From Macrostomum lignano (taxonomy: Eukaryota), in contig NIVC01005168.1 in NCBI GenBank assembly GCA_002269645.1, positions 1 to 23,908 on the forward strand: 23,908 nt of DNA, given 5' to 3'. Both the position numbers and the translations under genes were made by a program. This document shows positions 1-10,546 of the stretch, one piece after another. A model generated the notes under the pieces. It made no database searches, was not told the DNA's origin, and saw only the letters and a list, made by a program, of their open reading frames with translations. How positions within the stretch are numbered: the first letter of the stretch is position 1; each line of letters opens with the position of its first letter.

Positions 1-154
1 CAAAGATCTTGAAAATTATCAAGATCCCCTTGACCTCAAAATCCAAAAAATCCTCAGTTTCTTGGCCAGCGCAAATACACTTGCATATACTTCAAGTATA
101 ATGCGCTAGTATGATTTCTAGCACTGTATATGCACTTAATAACCCTTCCCGCAG

Positions 155-712
155 ACGGGGTGCACAGCCTGAGCAGTCTGACCAAGAACAAGCCGCCCAG
201 TCTGAACAAATCGCTATGCGACTTTGTGTTCGCCTGTCTGAAACACGCCAAAGACTTCTGCCCGAAGCTCTGGTCTGAGGGTCTCGTATTCGGTTTCGCT
301 AGCAAAGCCGCCGCCGCCAGTTTCTTGCTTCTCCGAGACCACCAGTTACCTGTCCGTCACGTGGAAACGCTCGGACAGTCACGTTGAAGCCTTGGAGCCA
401 TTCAGTCCGGAGGAGTTGAAGTCCAGCAAGCTGGAACAGCTGCTGGCTGGCAAGGCTAAGCTGCGCTATCTAGTGAAACCAGACGGCAGCCACCAGGCCA
501 AGGACATCGCGCTGCGACCGTTGCTGCAGTCGGGCTGGAGCCAGCGGGGCAGGGCCAGCTTGGATGGCTACGTGCCGCGCGCTGTGCTGGACCAGGACGA
601 CGAGTCCATCATCACTGAGTCAGACATGAGCGCCTTGCAGCTCGGCGGCATTGCGGAGGAGGTCACTTTGAGAGAGCTGATGGGGCAGGACGACTCTGAC
701 GGTCTCTGTTAG
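155..712 (+). pseudogene. STAT: STAT-family transcription factor, terminal exon (linker end, SH2 domain, pY tail), frameshifted at ~328
   Basis: Acceptor cccgcag|155. Frame 1 gives SLCDFVFACLKHAKDFCPKLWSEGLVFGFASK, aligning by eye to STAT5 [32 protein letters not shown]. From 329 another frame gives FSETTSYLSVTWKR..VEALEPFSPEEL..LRYLVKP (cf. FSDSEIGGITIAW..LMPFTTRDF..LIYVFP), then LDGYVP (Tyr codon 569-571; cf. STAT5 VDGYVKP) and stop TAG at 710-712. Confidence 0.75.
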
Positions 713-721
713 TTTAAGCTG

Positions 722-1024
722 AGCTTTCCAAGCCTCTGCATGTGCGGAATCTCTCCCTAATCTCATGAGAGATTTCCAAGCCTCTGCATGTGCGGAATCT
801 CTCCCTAATCTCATGAGAGATTTCCAAGCCTCTGTATGTGCGGAATCTCTCCCTAATCTCATGTAAGATTTCCAAGCCTCTGCATGTGCGGAATCTCTCC
901 CTAATCTCATGAGAGATTTCCAAGCCTCTGTATGAGTATGTGGGGAATCTCTCCCTAATCTCATGAGAGATTTCCAAGCCTCTGCATGTGCGGAATCTCT
1001 CCCTAATCTTAGGTGAGATTTCCA
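722..1024. repeat. Minisatellite, 48-bp unit, ~6 copies
   Basis: Unit ttccaagcctctgcatgtgcggaatctctccctaatctcatgagagat (starts at 726, 774, ...). One copy has a 6-bp insertion. Confidence 0.95.
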
Positions 1025-1612
1025 ATGATCTGATTTGCTTCATTCTGGAATCATGCTTAAGATTTTAAAAAATCCATTTGGTTTGTTTGGAAATGTTTTA
1101 AGAAATAATGAAGATGCTTCAATATTTTTGTATCGTTTTTACTAAAACTTTTTATCTTAACTTTCCAACTAACAGAACTTGTATTTTTGGAATTCCCTTC
1201 TTCTTAAAAGAACGATCAACACTTCGAGCGCCGTTAGTAACTAGGCAAAATTGTGACGAGTTTTAATTTAGTAGAACATTTGGTGCCTGTCTAGTCTAAA
1301 ATCTGTATTCTATGCCTACATTCGTTTTGCTGGGAAAATGTACTAAAATTCTGTGAATAGCTTTCTTTGTATTTTATTAGTGTAATAATAGGCACCATCC
1401 AAGTGCTATATATTCGTTCATAATGAATGTTTATCAAAAATTCAAAATTGACGCGTTAATTATTTGTTAAACAAGCCTTCAAGATCTGGGATATATTGCT
1501 GAAATTATTATGTACAGTAGCATATATTGTATTGCTGCTTCGCTTGCAGACGCCAAAAAGCTGCAATGAAAAGCCTTCTCAGTGTAATGCTCATAGATAA
1601 GCTCATTTTGGC

Positions 1613-2050
1613 GCCTTCTCCTGATTCTTGAGCACCCTCTCCTGATTCTTGAGCACCCTCTCCTGATTCTTGAGCACCCTCTCCTGATTCTTGAGCATCC
1701 TCTCCTGATTCTTGAGCACCCTCTCCTGATTCTTGAGCACCCTCTCCTGATTCTTGAGCACCCTCTCCTGATTCTTGAGCACCCTCTCCTGATTCTTGAG
1801 CACCCTCTCCTGATTCTTGAGCACCCTCTCCTGATTCTTGAGCACCTCTCCTGATTCTTGCGCACCCTCTCCTGATCCTCGGGCACCCTCTCCTAATCCT
1901 TGAGCACCCTCTCCTGATTCTTGAGCACCCTCTCCTGATCCTCAAGCACCCTCTCCTAATCCTTGAGCACCCTCTCCTGATTCTTGAGCACCCTCTCCTG
2001 ATCCTCGGGCACCCTCTCCTAATCCTTGAGCACCCTCTCTTGATTCTTGG
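1613..2050. repeat. Minisatellite, 21-bp unit, ~20 copies
   Basis: Unit gagcaccctctcctgattctt. It explains the repetitive ORFs 1479-1886, 1508-1945 and 1603-1845. Confidence 0.97.
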
Positions 2051-2279
2051 GGTAGACCCCCTGCCACCCTCCCTGATGCTGGGCGTGGGCCGCCCGTCAC
2101 CCTTTCCTGACCGAACTTTGACGCTGTGACTTCATCTTGAATTCTCTTGAACCCCTTGATTTTCACCTTTTGTATGTTGACAAATTATTAATTATCAAGT
2201 AACTTGTAGCATTCAAAATTTTAAGTCTTCTTATCGTTAAATATTGTTCTTTAAATCATTGGCTGTCCTGTTCAACTCT

Positions 2280-3021
2280 TTAAGTGCCGGTCACCAAGTC
2301 AACGAAACAGCGGCGGAGTCGTCGGCTGAACAGCAGGTACCAGAGCGGCACCAGCACCGTGTTGCAGTAGAACATGATGGTGACTGTCTTGTGCACAGCC
2401 AGAAATTGTTGGGAACTCTTTTCGGCTGCCTCGGCCAGTAGGCCGGGCGCGCAGGTGACCAGGTAGGGCAGGGTCGGCAGCAGAAGCAGCAGGAAAGACA
2501 CCAGGCTGCGCCGGACCGCCTGTCTCAGGCTCACTTGATCTCGGCGCCGTTTCAGCGCCTCTTGATGACTAAATCGGCGACTGCGGCTGATGTCCGTGAA
2601 CTGAGGCTGTTGTTGTTGTTGTTGCTGCTGCTGCTGAGGCCACTCGGCTGAGGTTGCCAAACTGAGCCTTCGCGAGTCTAGCGAAGCCAAGCTCGGCTCG
2701 GCTGGCAGCTGCAGGAAGCTGTTCAACTGCATCATCGACGCGTCGCCGCCGCCGCCGGAGATGCGCTGGGGCCGGCTTAATCTGGCTCGAAAATTGGACT
2801 CGCGGTCGACCAAGATGGACACGGACTCCAGTCCGGTCTCGTAGCCAACCCGGACTGGTTGGCTCTCCGGGGACGGCGATGTCCTTGCCAACGAGTGCAG
2901 AATCGCATAGTAGCCACGGCAAATGTAGGCCACCAGACCCACTACCAGGATGATGAGGAGTGCGTATGAGGCCACTGAGCCCGCGTTTGTCTCCTTGATC
3001 ACCTGGTTTTCGTGCTCCAGC
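2280..3021 (-). CDS. Rhodopsin-class (class A) GPCR, 3' exon: end of ECL2, TM5, long polyQ ICL3, TM6, TM7, helix 8
   Basis: TM5 YALLIILVVGLVAYICRGYYAILHSL; TM6 SLVSFLLLLLPTLPYLV; TM7 TIMFYCNTVLVPLWYLLFSRRLRRCF (NPxxY position plus helix 8 pattern). Candidate acceptor ttccatacag|3021 with upstream gctaat. The frame is closed by TAA at 3041-3039. Confidence 0.8.
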
Positions 3022-3118
3022 CTGTATGGAACGGTTGATTAGCGGTAAAGAGCCGGTAGCTTTGACCTCGAGTCGGCTTGAACTGCCAAGTCCTCTTTCT
3101 AAAGCCAGTTGTTAGCTA

Positions 3119-3510
3119 ATCCATCTAGACCACTCACTGTCCTGTCTGTAGCCCCCCCATCTAGACCACTCACTGCCCTGTCTGTAAGCCCCCCCCCATC
3201 TAGACCACTCACTGCCCTGTCTGTGGTCCCATCTAGACCACTCACTGCCCTGTCTGTGGTCCCATCTAGACCACTCACTGCCCTGTCTGTAAGCCCCCCA
3301 TCTAGACCACTCACTGCCCTGTCTGTAAACCCCCTCATCTAGACCACTCACTGCCCTGTCTGTAAGCCCCCATCTAGACCACTCACTGCCCTGTCTGTAG
3401 CCCCCCCCCATCTAGACCAGTCACTGTCCTGTCTGTGGTCCCGTCTAGACCACTCGCTGTCCTGTCTGTAGTCTCATCTAGACCACTCACTGCCCTGTCT
3501 GTAGCCCCAT
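3119..3510. repeat. Minisatellite, 33-39-bp unit, 11 copies, inside the GPCR intron
   Basis: Core atctagaccactcactgccctgtctgt followed by a variable C-rich linker. Confidence 0.95.
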
Positions 3511-3532
3511 TTAGAGTCACACTAGAGAGCAC

Positions 3533-4107
3533 TGAACTACCGCAACTTGCAATGGTGAATGGTGCACCAACCCAGAGAAGGCAGGCACAGTAAGCGGCAG
3601 GAATCTATTCTGCCGGCACTCCGACAGCGGCCTGAACTGCAGCAGCACCAGGAGCGAGGACAGCAGCAGCGACAGCACCCAGTCCAGCATGAGCAGCTTT
3701 CGCACTAACGCCTTCTTCCTGCTCAGCGTCACCTGGAATTGGCCCAGAACCTTGCCGCGGAAGTAGGCAATGCAGCCGAAGCATATCAGATAGTGAAGCA
3801 GGCAGCAGACTATGATAAAACAGCTGAAGGTTTTCAGCACGACCGGCATTAGATTATGACAGGCTCGACGCTCCAGGCTAACGCGCAGTATGGACAGGCC
3901 GATATCCACGCTAAGCAGCAGGTCGATTGCGCAGAAATTCAGCAGCAGACCGTTCGGCGGCGCGTGCAGACAAGGCGACTTGACAATGGTTAGAATCAGC
4001 GCCGAGTTGACTGTCGCTGATAGAACGAATAGCACGGCTAAAACGCTCGTCTCCCCTACTATCATGTCTATTATGTGGTGTATTCGATCTGCTTGTTCCG
4101 ATGGCAA
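3533..4107 (-). CDS. Rhodopsin-class GPCR, exon encoding TM1-TM4 and ECL2 (same gene as 2280-3021)
   Basis: TM1 VLAVLFVLSATVNSALIL (N1.50); TM2 NGLLLNFCAIDLLL (D2.50); RRAC (C3.25); TM3 end IAYFRG (DRY position); TM4 LMLDWVLSLLL (W4.50); ECL2 Cys in SECRQ. The track start at 4107 is TTG; the first in-frame ATG is at 4065, so an upstream exon is possible. The donor is unresolved (GCG|GTAGTT at 3541/3540 or CA|GTGCTC at 3533/3532). Confidence 0.8.
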
Positions 4108-4944
4108 CCTTTGCTGACAGCTGACTAGCTAAAGAGCTCAGTCTGCTAAGATCAGATGCTCAAGCAACGTGGATGGCAATCTTCGATCCTCTGCAGTTTA
4201 AATTGCGCTTCCTTTATGAGCAGTTGCTTCTCCCAATCCTTTTAACTAATCACAATCTGTTGCGCTGTGCGGGCGGAATTAGTGCCGAGTTCAGTCGCGC
4301 AATCAGATGCTGTTTAAACACAATATCAGGAAGCGATGCAAAGTGGCGGCTGTGGTCTCCTAACTCTTGTGCCCACGGCCCCAACGCCACTTCGCCTCTT
4401 TCAAGACCGTGTTAACGCTCTCGTGAATAGCGATAAGAGAGTTTGACTGCGGCCAACTCTGCATGTGGGCAGCAGGTCATGCGCGTTTCATCTCCTTCGT
4501 ACTCGTACGATAAGTGACTTAGCTGTTTTACTATGTTTAGTTAAACACTGTTGCAGAAACAGCATTACAAAACTATTCAATATGATCCGATATAGTATAC
4601 AGTAGCGTATATAGTATTGTACCTACATGATTTACACCGTGTACTATATGATTTGCTGGTAGAGACCCATGCAGATATGATTATTAAGGTCAGCAAATCT
4701 TTAAAGAGCATGGTGGTTCCTTAATTTCTTTTAATTCAACAGCATAATGTACGAGTACACAGTATATATGTACATTTCGACTGTAACCAAATTAGTTCGT
4801 CGAGCACTGACGACCACCCCTGACGCAGCGGCTGCTGTCTGAACTTTCTCAAATCATCACGAACCTGTTGAAAAAAACATACACTGCTGTCTTGGAGGAA
4901 ACCCTGTTGATGCACACACTCCATCGCATATTTAAAAAAAATGT

Positions 4945-5450
4945 TTCCAACCCAAGAGAGGACCCGACGACCTTATGGCCCTGTGAACCAACGCGGCATC
5001 GCCCTTAATTATATGTACATGTACCTTGCATGGCCAAGCTGCTCAACACAATCCTTCGAAATGGGCTGCTCCCTGGGCTTAACCCGCTTCTCAGCCTTCA
5101 AATGGCTTCAGACCTGACAGATCATCGACTAACCGTCCTACAGTATACCCACGTACATATATACTGGTACGAGTAGTCCCCTTGCTCGATCAAGAGCTTG
5201 CGAGCCCTAGCTAGCTGCCTCTCAGTGCGATTCTTCGACGAATGCGCCTGTCACTCGTTGGCCACGTCCTCAGACGCCACAATAGAGGCAAAGCAAACCC
5301 TCTCGCTATAAATGGCTCTGCATGACTACCATGCACTGACATCCAGGCCATTGACCCATGTGACTGCCTCTTCTTGCTCCTCCCAACTCTTCAGAAAGTT
5401 GGGTGCGATAGACCGACCCTTCCGTGTCTGAGCAGTGAGCATCTGATCAG
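4945..5450 (+). mobile_element. Degenerate, internally deleted non-LTR retrotransposon (RTE-like) reverse transcriptase remnant
   Basis: PKRG (4951), then VNQRGIAL (4983-5006), AKLLNTILRNGLLPGLNPLLSLQNGFRPDRS (5033-5120) matching the RT N-terminal PKKGD..NYRGISL..KL...QxGFRxGRS pattern, and LRRMRLSLVGHVLR (5233-5274) matching the RTE C-terminal RRLRFAGHVxR. Frameshifts and stops lie between these blocks. Ends are approximate. Confidence 0.75.
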
Positions 5451-7030
5451 CTGATATTATTAATATTATATATTAATCAATTGTTAGTTTATGTAGATTA
5501 TTGACGCCGTATTCTTAAATAAATTTATAAAATTATTCCTAAAACTGTCGTAAAAATACACAGCCTTGACATCTGTTTAAGTAGTTTTTCTGAAAATTGT
5601 TTTACTAAAGATAAGGCTTTGGCTATTTTAAATGTTTATTATTTATTCGAAACGAGTTGCAGCGAGCCTGTCTTATCCTGCAGAATCGTTCGTTAAATTC
5701 ACTGTACGCACATTTTTTAACTATTGACATGAAACTTTCCAAAATTATGCTAAAATTATGCCAACATTTTAAAAATGTTTTGGCTATTAAATTTCATTTG
5801 TGGGGGGTTGTAAGTTACAACCATATTAATACAAATATCGATGTAACTTTTATTCATTCATCATTTCAAAGTATCCAAAAATACCTTTTGAACAAGTATT
5901 TAATACATCGACTTATATTGGCCGAACAGGCTTTTTGCCAGAGCCAAACTTACTTACTCTACTACTACTAAAAAAGCTCACAACATAACATGGAACTTTG
6001 TGCAGAAGATTTTGACTTTTGAGTGATGTCTGACTTCAGGTAGCCTCTCAGACTGGAACACACTTGGTCTATATTGCTTTCTGGCGGAGCTGCTGTTCCT
6101 GTAGGCTTGTAAATTAGTTTAATAGCTCATTAAAATGCTCGCAATACCTTTGTTTGGCATTGGGAGAAAGATTCCATGCTGTAGGCTAACTCGGCAATGT
6201 TGCAATTTGTTCAGATTCAGCAGCTCAGCAGCAGGTACAACCTCAGCAGCTGGGATTATAAATGGTTGTGCAGCTTGACGTCCTGCCATGACTTGCAAAA
6301 TATTTTATATCTTAAGCAATTCTAGGTTGAGAAACCCCTCACTAAAACTTGCCCAAAAGTGTCTATGGCCTTTTAGGATGACGTGGCATGACAAGTCAGC
6401 ATAAATTTAAACCCTCTGTGACACATTGGTGTGTATTCAAAAGTAAAAATAATTATGCGAAACAAACTGCAACATTGCTGCTAATGCCTATATCATATTG
6501 GTATTCACCATCTCACATACTACCTGCATTTAAAAGCAAAAAATGGGCCTACTATGGATTAAATATTTGGTTTTATTTGTTTTTTTTAAACATTTCATGT
6601 GTGCCACTATTAGCCTAGCTATCTAGACCTATGACTAGGCCTATTGCCTATTGCCTATAACACTACAAGTTATGCTATTATTATACTATGTATTAAGCCA
6701 AGTCCAGTACTAAGTGCTAGGCACAATTCTAATATTCAGATACTATTATTAGCATGTAATACTTTTTGTTTTAGGTATTAGAATATCAAAGCCAATACTT
6801 TTTGACAATATAGGAGTTTGTTAGGAACTTTCAAAATAATTTTTAATTTTTTTAATAGTCTAATAGGGCCTAGTCTAATACTAATATTAATAAAATTTTG
6901 TACATTAAAACTATATTGAATAGAATTTTAAAAATTGAACTGGACAAATAATAAAAAGCTATATACTGGCTTTAATAATATAATAATATGATAATATACA
7001 AAAGGTAAATATCATAATCAATATTATTTA

Positions 7031-7306
7031 TATACTCGGCAACATTGAAAAGTCGCCACTCTATGCGCCAGTGAGCAATTTCTCTTTGACTTTTCTGAAC
7101 TAAAAGATACGAGAAAACTGATTGGGGTAGCTTTTATCAGTTCAACCCTAGCACACCGCACTTGCCCAACTTCATTCCTCAACCCAAGTAGCTAAGTTGC
7201 GTCACTTGCAAAGATTTAGAGAATTTACCTGCACTCTCAAAAGTAACAACAGCTGACCACAGATGAAATCTTCTGTGATGGCGACTTTTTGATGTTGCTG
7301 AGTATA
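7031..7306. mobile_element. MITE (copy 1), ~28-bp terminal inverted repeats, TA-flanked; Tc1/mariner-type non-autonomous element
   Basis: Left ta-tactcggcaacattgaaaagtcgcca (7031-7058) and right tggcgactttttgatgttgctgagta-ta (7279-7306) are near-perfect inverted repeats. No ORF. Confidence 0.8.
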
Positions 7307-8242
7307 TATAGCTTTTTATTATTAGTCTACTTCAATTTCTAAAATTATGTTTAATATAATTTTAGAAAGTAGGTAAGGCCTATTTGTTATCATTCTAAGA
7401 AAGACTAAAAAGCTAAGTCTTATTTAGCAAAGCCTAATATATTGCTATACTTGCTTATTTCTAAACAACAAAATAACTTCTTTGAATCATTAATCAAATT
7501 TGTAAAAAGTCAAAAAAGTCAAACTAATAAAATATAACTTTTATTTCATTATAATGCTCTTTTTATAACAGGGCACCTTAAGTTTTATTTTAGCTGAAAT
7601 GGCATATTCCAAAGAGTATACTATATATAAACTCATTGTGTTGATACTTGATATTATTTAAGAAGCTTTCTATATGAATACGAATCTTGCTTAAACTTTT
7701 TAAATGATTACCATGTTAGAGTCATAGTATTGATAATTTGAAGTCCTAAATTAAGTTTGTCTTATATAGCTATTTATATATTGCTTTATGGTAATATAAG
7801 CATGCTAATAATCTCATTAGATTTATTGCTTTATAATACAGTTGTTCATACACAGACCTTTTTACATATAATGGTTTAAATCTAAAGTAAGTTTAAACAT
7901 AAGTCTAAAAGAACTTAAACTTGATGAAAGAAACTGAAACTATAGGGCCTAAGGGAAATTGGTATATGTCTTACAAAATGCAAACTGTCTGTAATTTTTT
8001 TATAAGATGCTATAAAATAATACTTACACTTGATCAATTGTGGTGCCATAATTTGTTTTAACTTCACTGCCACAGAAGAATTATTTTTGTTTTTTTACTT
8101 TGCCATTTTTGAGCCTTCAATTTTTTTAAGCAACAATATCTGAACTTTCTACTTCAAGTAGCGCAAATCCTTGTTGCCCTCCAGACTAGCACTAGTTAGC
8201 CGCCGCGCATCGTACAGTTGCACAGTCAGCAGGCGGGTCGCC

Positions 8243-9514
8243 ATGCAGCGCCCGTTCGGCGCGAGTGCCGCCGCCTCCCCAACCGCCGTCCAGGCGACTG
8301 CATCTTCGCCAGCTTCAACCGCGGTGGCTCCGCCGCCACCTCACCGTCAGCAGCAACATCAGGCGGTTGCGCGCATTCATCAGCACCCTGCCTCCGCCAA
8401 CTTGACGACGACCACTCTGCCAGGCAGTCGGGCCGCCGTGTCTGCCGGCAGTCCGACCCGGGTTGCGCCGCAGGGCGAGGAGAGCCTCCAATCGGGCCTG
8501 GCCTCTCTCAGCCCGCCGGCAGAGCCGCGTCCCCAGCCGCCGCTGCTGTCTAAACTGCTGCCGAGGGCTTTCCCTCCCCTGACCCCGGCCGAGGACAAAG
8601 TGGTGGCCTCCGCTACTCACGTGTTCCTGTCCGAGTCCGTGCCAGTGCAGGGCCGGCGCGGCTCGCAGCAGTTGCCGCCAAAGAGTCCGAAAAGTCCCCG
8701 AAGTCCCCGGCCGCCAAAAGGGGCCGCAGCGGCAGCCGCAGCTCCCTACCAACCTGCCGTTGCTTCTCCTGTGGCTTCGCCGCAGCAGCAGCAACAGCAG
8801 CCGCAGCAGCATCAGCTCCTTGGACCGCCTGCTAGTCCCACTACTGGTCATCAAAGTCTTCAGCATCAGCAGCATCACGACCAGCAGCAGCAGCAGCAGC
8901 AGCAGCATCACGACCACCAGCAGCAGCAGCAGCAGCATACTTACGCTGTACCCTACGCAGGCCAGTTTCTGCAGCAACAGCTTCAGCAGCAGCAACAGCA
9001 GCAGCTCGGCAGCCGTACCCGCTCCCATCCAAACCTGCTCAACGATTATGTAAACGTTGTGGACGCCTCGCCAGATAAACCGCCGCTGCCTCATCAAGGC
9101 GGTCAGCCTCCGCTTCCGCCGCCTCTTCATCCGTCTCTCCAGCATCCGCACCATCATCAGCATCATCATCAGCACAATCAGCATCCGGACTCCTCAGGCG
9201 CGGCGCTGCACTCGCTCCGGCTTCAACTGGAGGCTGCGCAGTCGCGTGCCAGCCGAGTGGAGCTGTTGGAACGCGAGCTGTCCCGCTTGGCTGACGCGCA
9301 CGAAGCTCTGGTTAAATCGGCCGAGCGGAGCGCCCGTCTCGAGACCGCGGTGCGGCGCCGGCTAGAACGAGAGTGCGCCCTGCTCAGACAGGAGAATGCT
9401 CAACTGAGAGACCGGCTGCTCAGCGCTGCCGAGTTTCATCATCAGCAGCAGCATCATCAGCATCAGCCGGCTACTCAGGAGACTCTGCAACGATTGGAGG
9501 CTGAAAATCTGGCT
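8243..9514 (+). CDS. AMOT: Angiomotin-like protein, large exon: Pro/Gln/His low-complexity N-terminus and first coiled-coil segment
   Basis: LRLQLEAAQSRASRVELLERELSRLADAHEALVKSAERSARLETAVRRRLERECALLRQENAQLRDRL aligns gap-free by eye to angiomotin [68 protein letters not shown]. ATG at 8243 lies in a gtcgccATG context; an upstream acceptor ccctccag|8185 also exists. Phase-0 donor GCT|GTGAGT at 9514/9515. Confidence 0.85.
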
Positions 9515-9539
9515 GTGAGTTTGTTGAGTTTAAATCAAT

Positions 9540-9998
9540 TAGTGTTAAAGAGGCCAATTATCAGTTGGTTAAAGAGGCCAATTAGCAGTCAGTTAAAGAG
9601 GCCACTTATCAGTCAGTTAAAAAGGCCAATTAGCAGTCAGTTAAAGAGGCCAATTAATTATCAGTCAGTTAAAGAGGCCAATTATCAGTCAGTTAAAAAG
9701 GCCAATTAGCAGTCAGTTAAAGAGGCCAATTATCAGTCAGTTAAAGAGGCCAATTAGCAGTCAGTTAAAGAGGCCAATTATCAGTCAGTTAAAGAGGCCA
9801 ATTATCAGTCAGTTAAAGAGGCCAATTATCAGTCAGTTAAAGAGGCCAATTATCAGTCAGTTAAAGAGGCCAATTATCAGTCAGTTAAAAAGGCCAATTA
9901 GCAGTCAGTTAAAGAGGCCAATTATCAGTCAGTTAAAGAGGCCAATTATCAGTCAGTTAAAGAGGCCAATTATCAGTCTGTTAAACGGGCCAATTAGC
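9540..9998. repeat. Minisatellite, 24-bp unit, ~19 copies, in the angiomotin intron
   Basis: Unit agtcagttaaagaggccaattatc. It produces the spurious LKRPIISQ tail of the track ORF 8171-9709. Confidence 0.96.
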
Positions 9999-10104
9999 AG
10001 CTACTTTATTCAGGTATTCAAAAATTTGTATTTATATTCTTAGCATAATAATTGCATTATCACAGGTCTCATTTTAATGTCTAAACTCCTTAAATCCTTT
10101 TTAG

Positions 10105-10176
10105 CTCAAAGAGCAGCTGCTGAGCTCTCCAGCGCATCAACAGCAGCACAATCCCAACTGCAGTAAACAGAGCTGA
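10105..10176 (+). CDS. Angiomotin-like gene, probable short terminal exon (LKEQLLSSPAHQQQHNPNCSKQS*)
   Basis: Acceptor tcctttttag|CTC is phase-compatible with the donor at 9514. Gln/His-rich codons resemble the previous exon. TGA at 10174-10176 and AATAAA at 10527-10532. Confidence 0.6.
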   Translation, partial: LKEQLLSSPAHQQQHNPNCSKQS

Positions 10177-10546
10177 CATTCTGACAAAAACGGTCAAGTT
10201 GTTCTTGTGAAAACATGTAACTTTTAAACTTTTTTTCTGATTCGAAATGATTTTTTACAACGAGCTCGTCTCTTTTAAAAATGCAATTTAATTAGCGCAA
10301 CCTGATGCAAAATCACAAATCGAAATGTTTATATTCTTATTCTAGTTGGCATTAACTGTATAGCATATCTGTTATTCTGTTAATAATTTTCCAACGGGTT
10401 GTACTTGATCATGACGCTCTTCCCTACCTTTGTTTTGTACTGCTTTTGTCTTCCTGTTTTTTATTGCACCTTTGCTGTCGGCTTCGTGCTCAAGAAAAAA
10501 ATTACTTATTGTGCTTTTTCACTTTTAATAAATATTGCCCCAATAA

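Noticed and set aside
1602-1615. 14-bp match (ctcattttggcgcc) to the reverse complement of the 11.7-kb repeat unit
   Set aside because: A match of this length is expected by chance in a 24-kb self-comparison, and the rest of the two 21-bp units do not align.
1479-1945. Long repetitive ORFs (also 620-1043, 3099-3411, 11552-12301, 15221-16254, 16201-17029, 17539-18444)
   Set aside because: These are stop-free frames through minisatellites, often open in several frames and on both strands, and lie in introns or intergenic DNA.
6190-6290. CAG-rich patch after ttgttcag as a possible upstream angiomotin exon
   Set aside because: No convincing donor or homology, and frames close quickly. A UTR exon cannot be excluded without RNA data.
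5657-6618. AT-rich ORFs 5657-5971 and 6388-6618
   Set aside because: Their composition differs from the real exons in this window (which are GC-rich) and they have no recognisable domains.
8315-9184. 289-aa antisense ORF and other overlapping ORFs in the angiomotin exon
   Set aside because: They are shadows of GC-rich CAG/CAT repeats (poly-Leu/Met on the opposite strand) with no independent homology.
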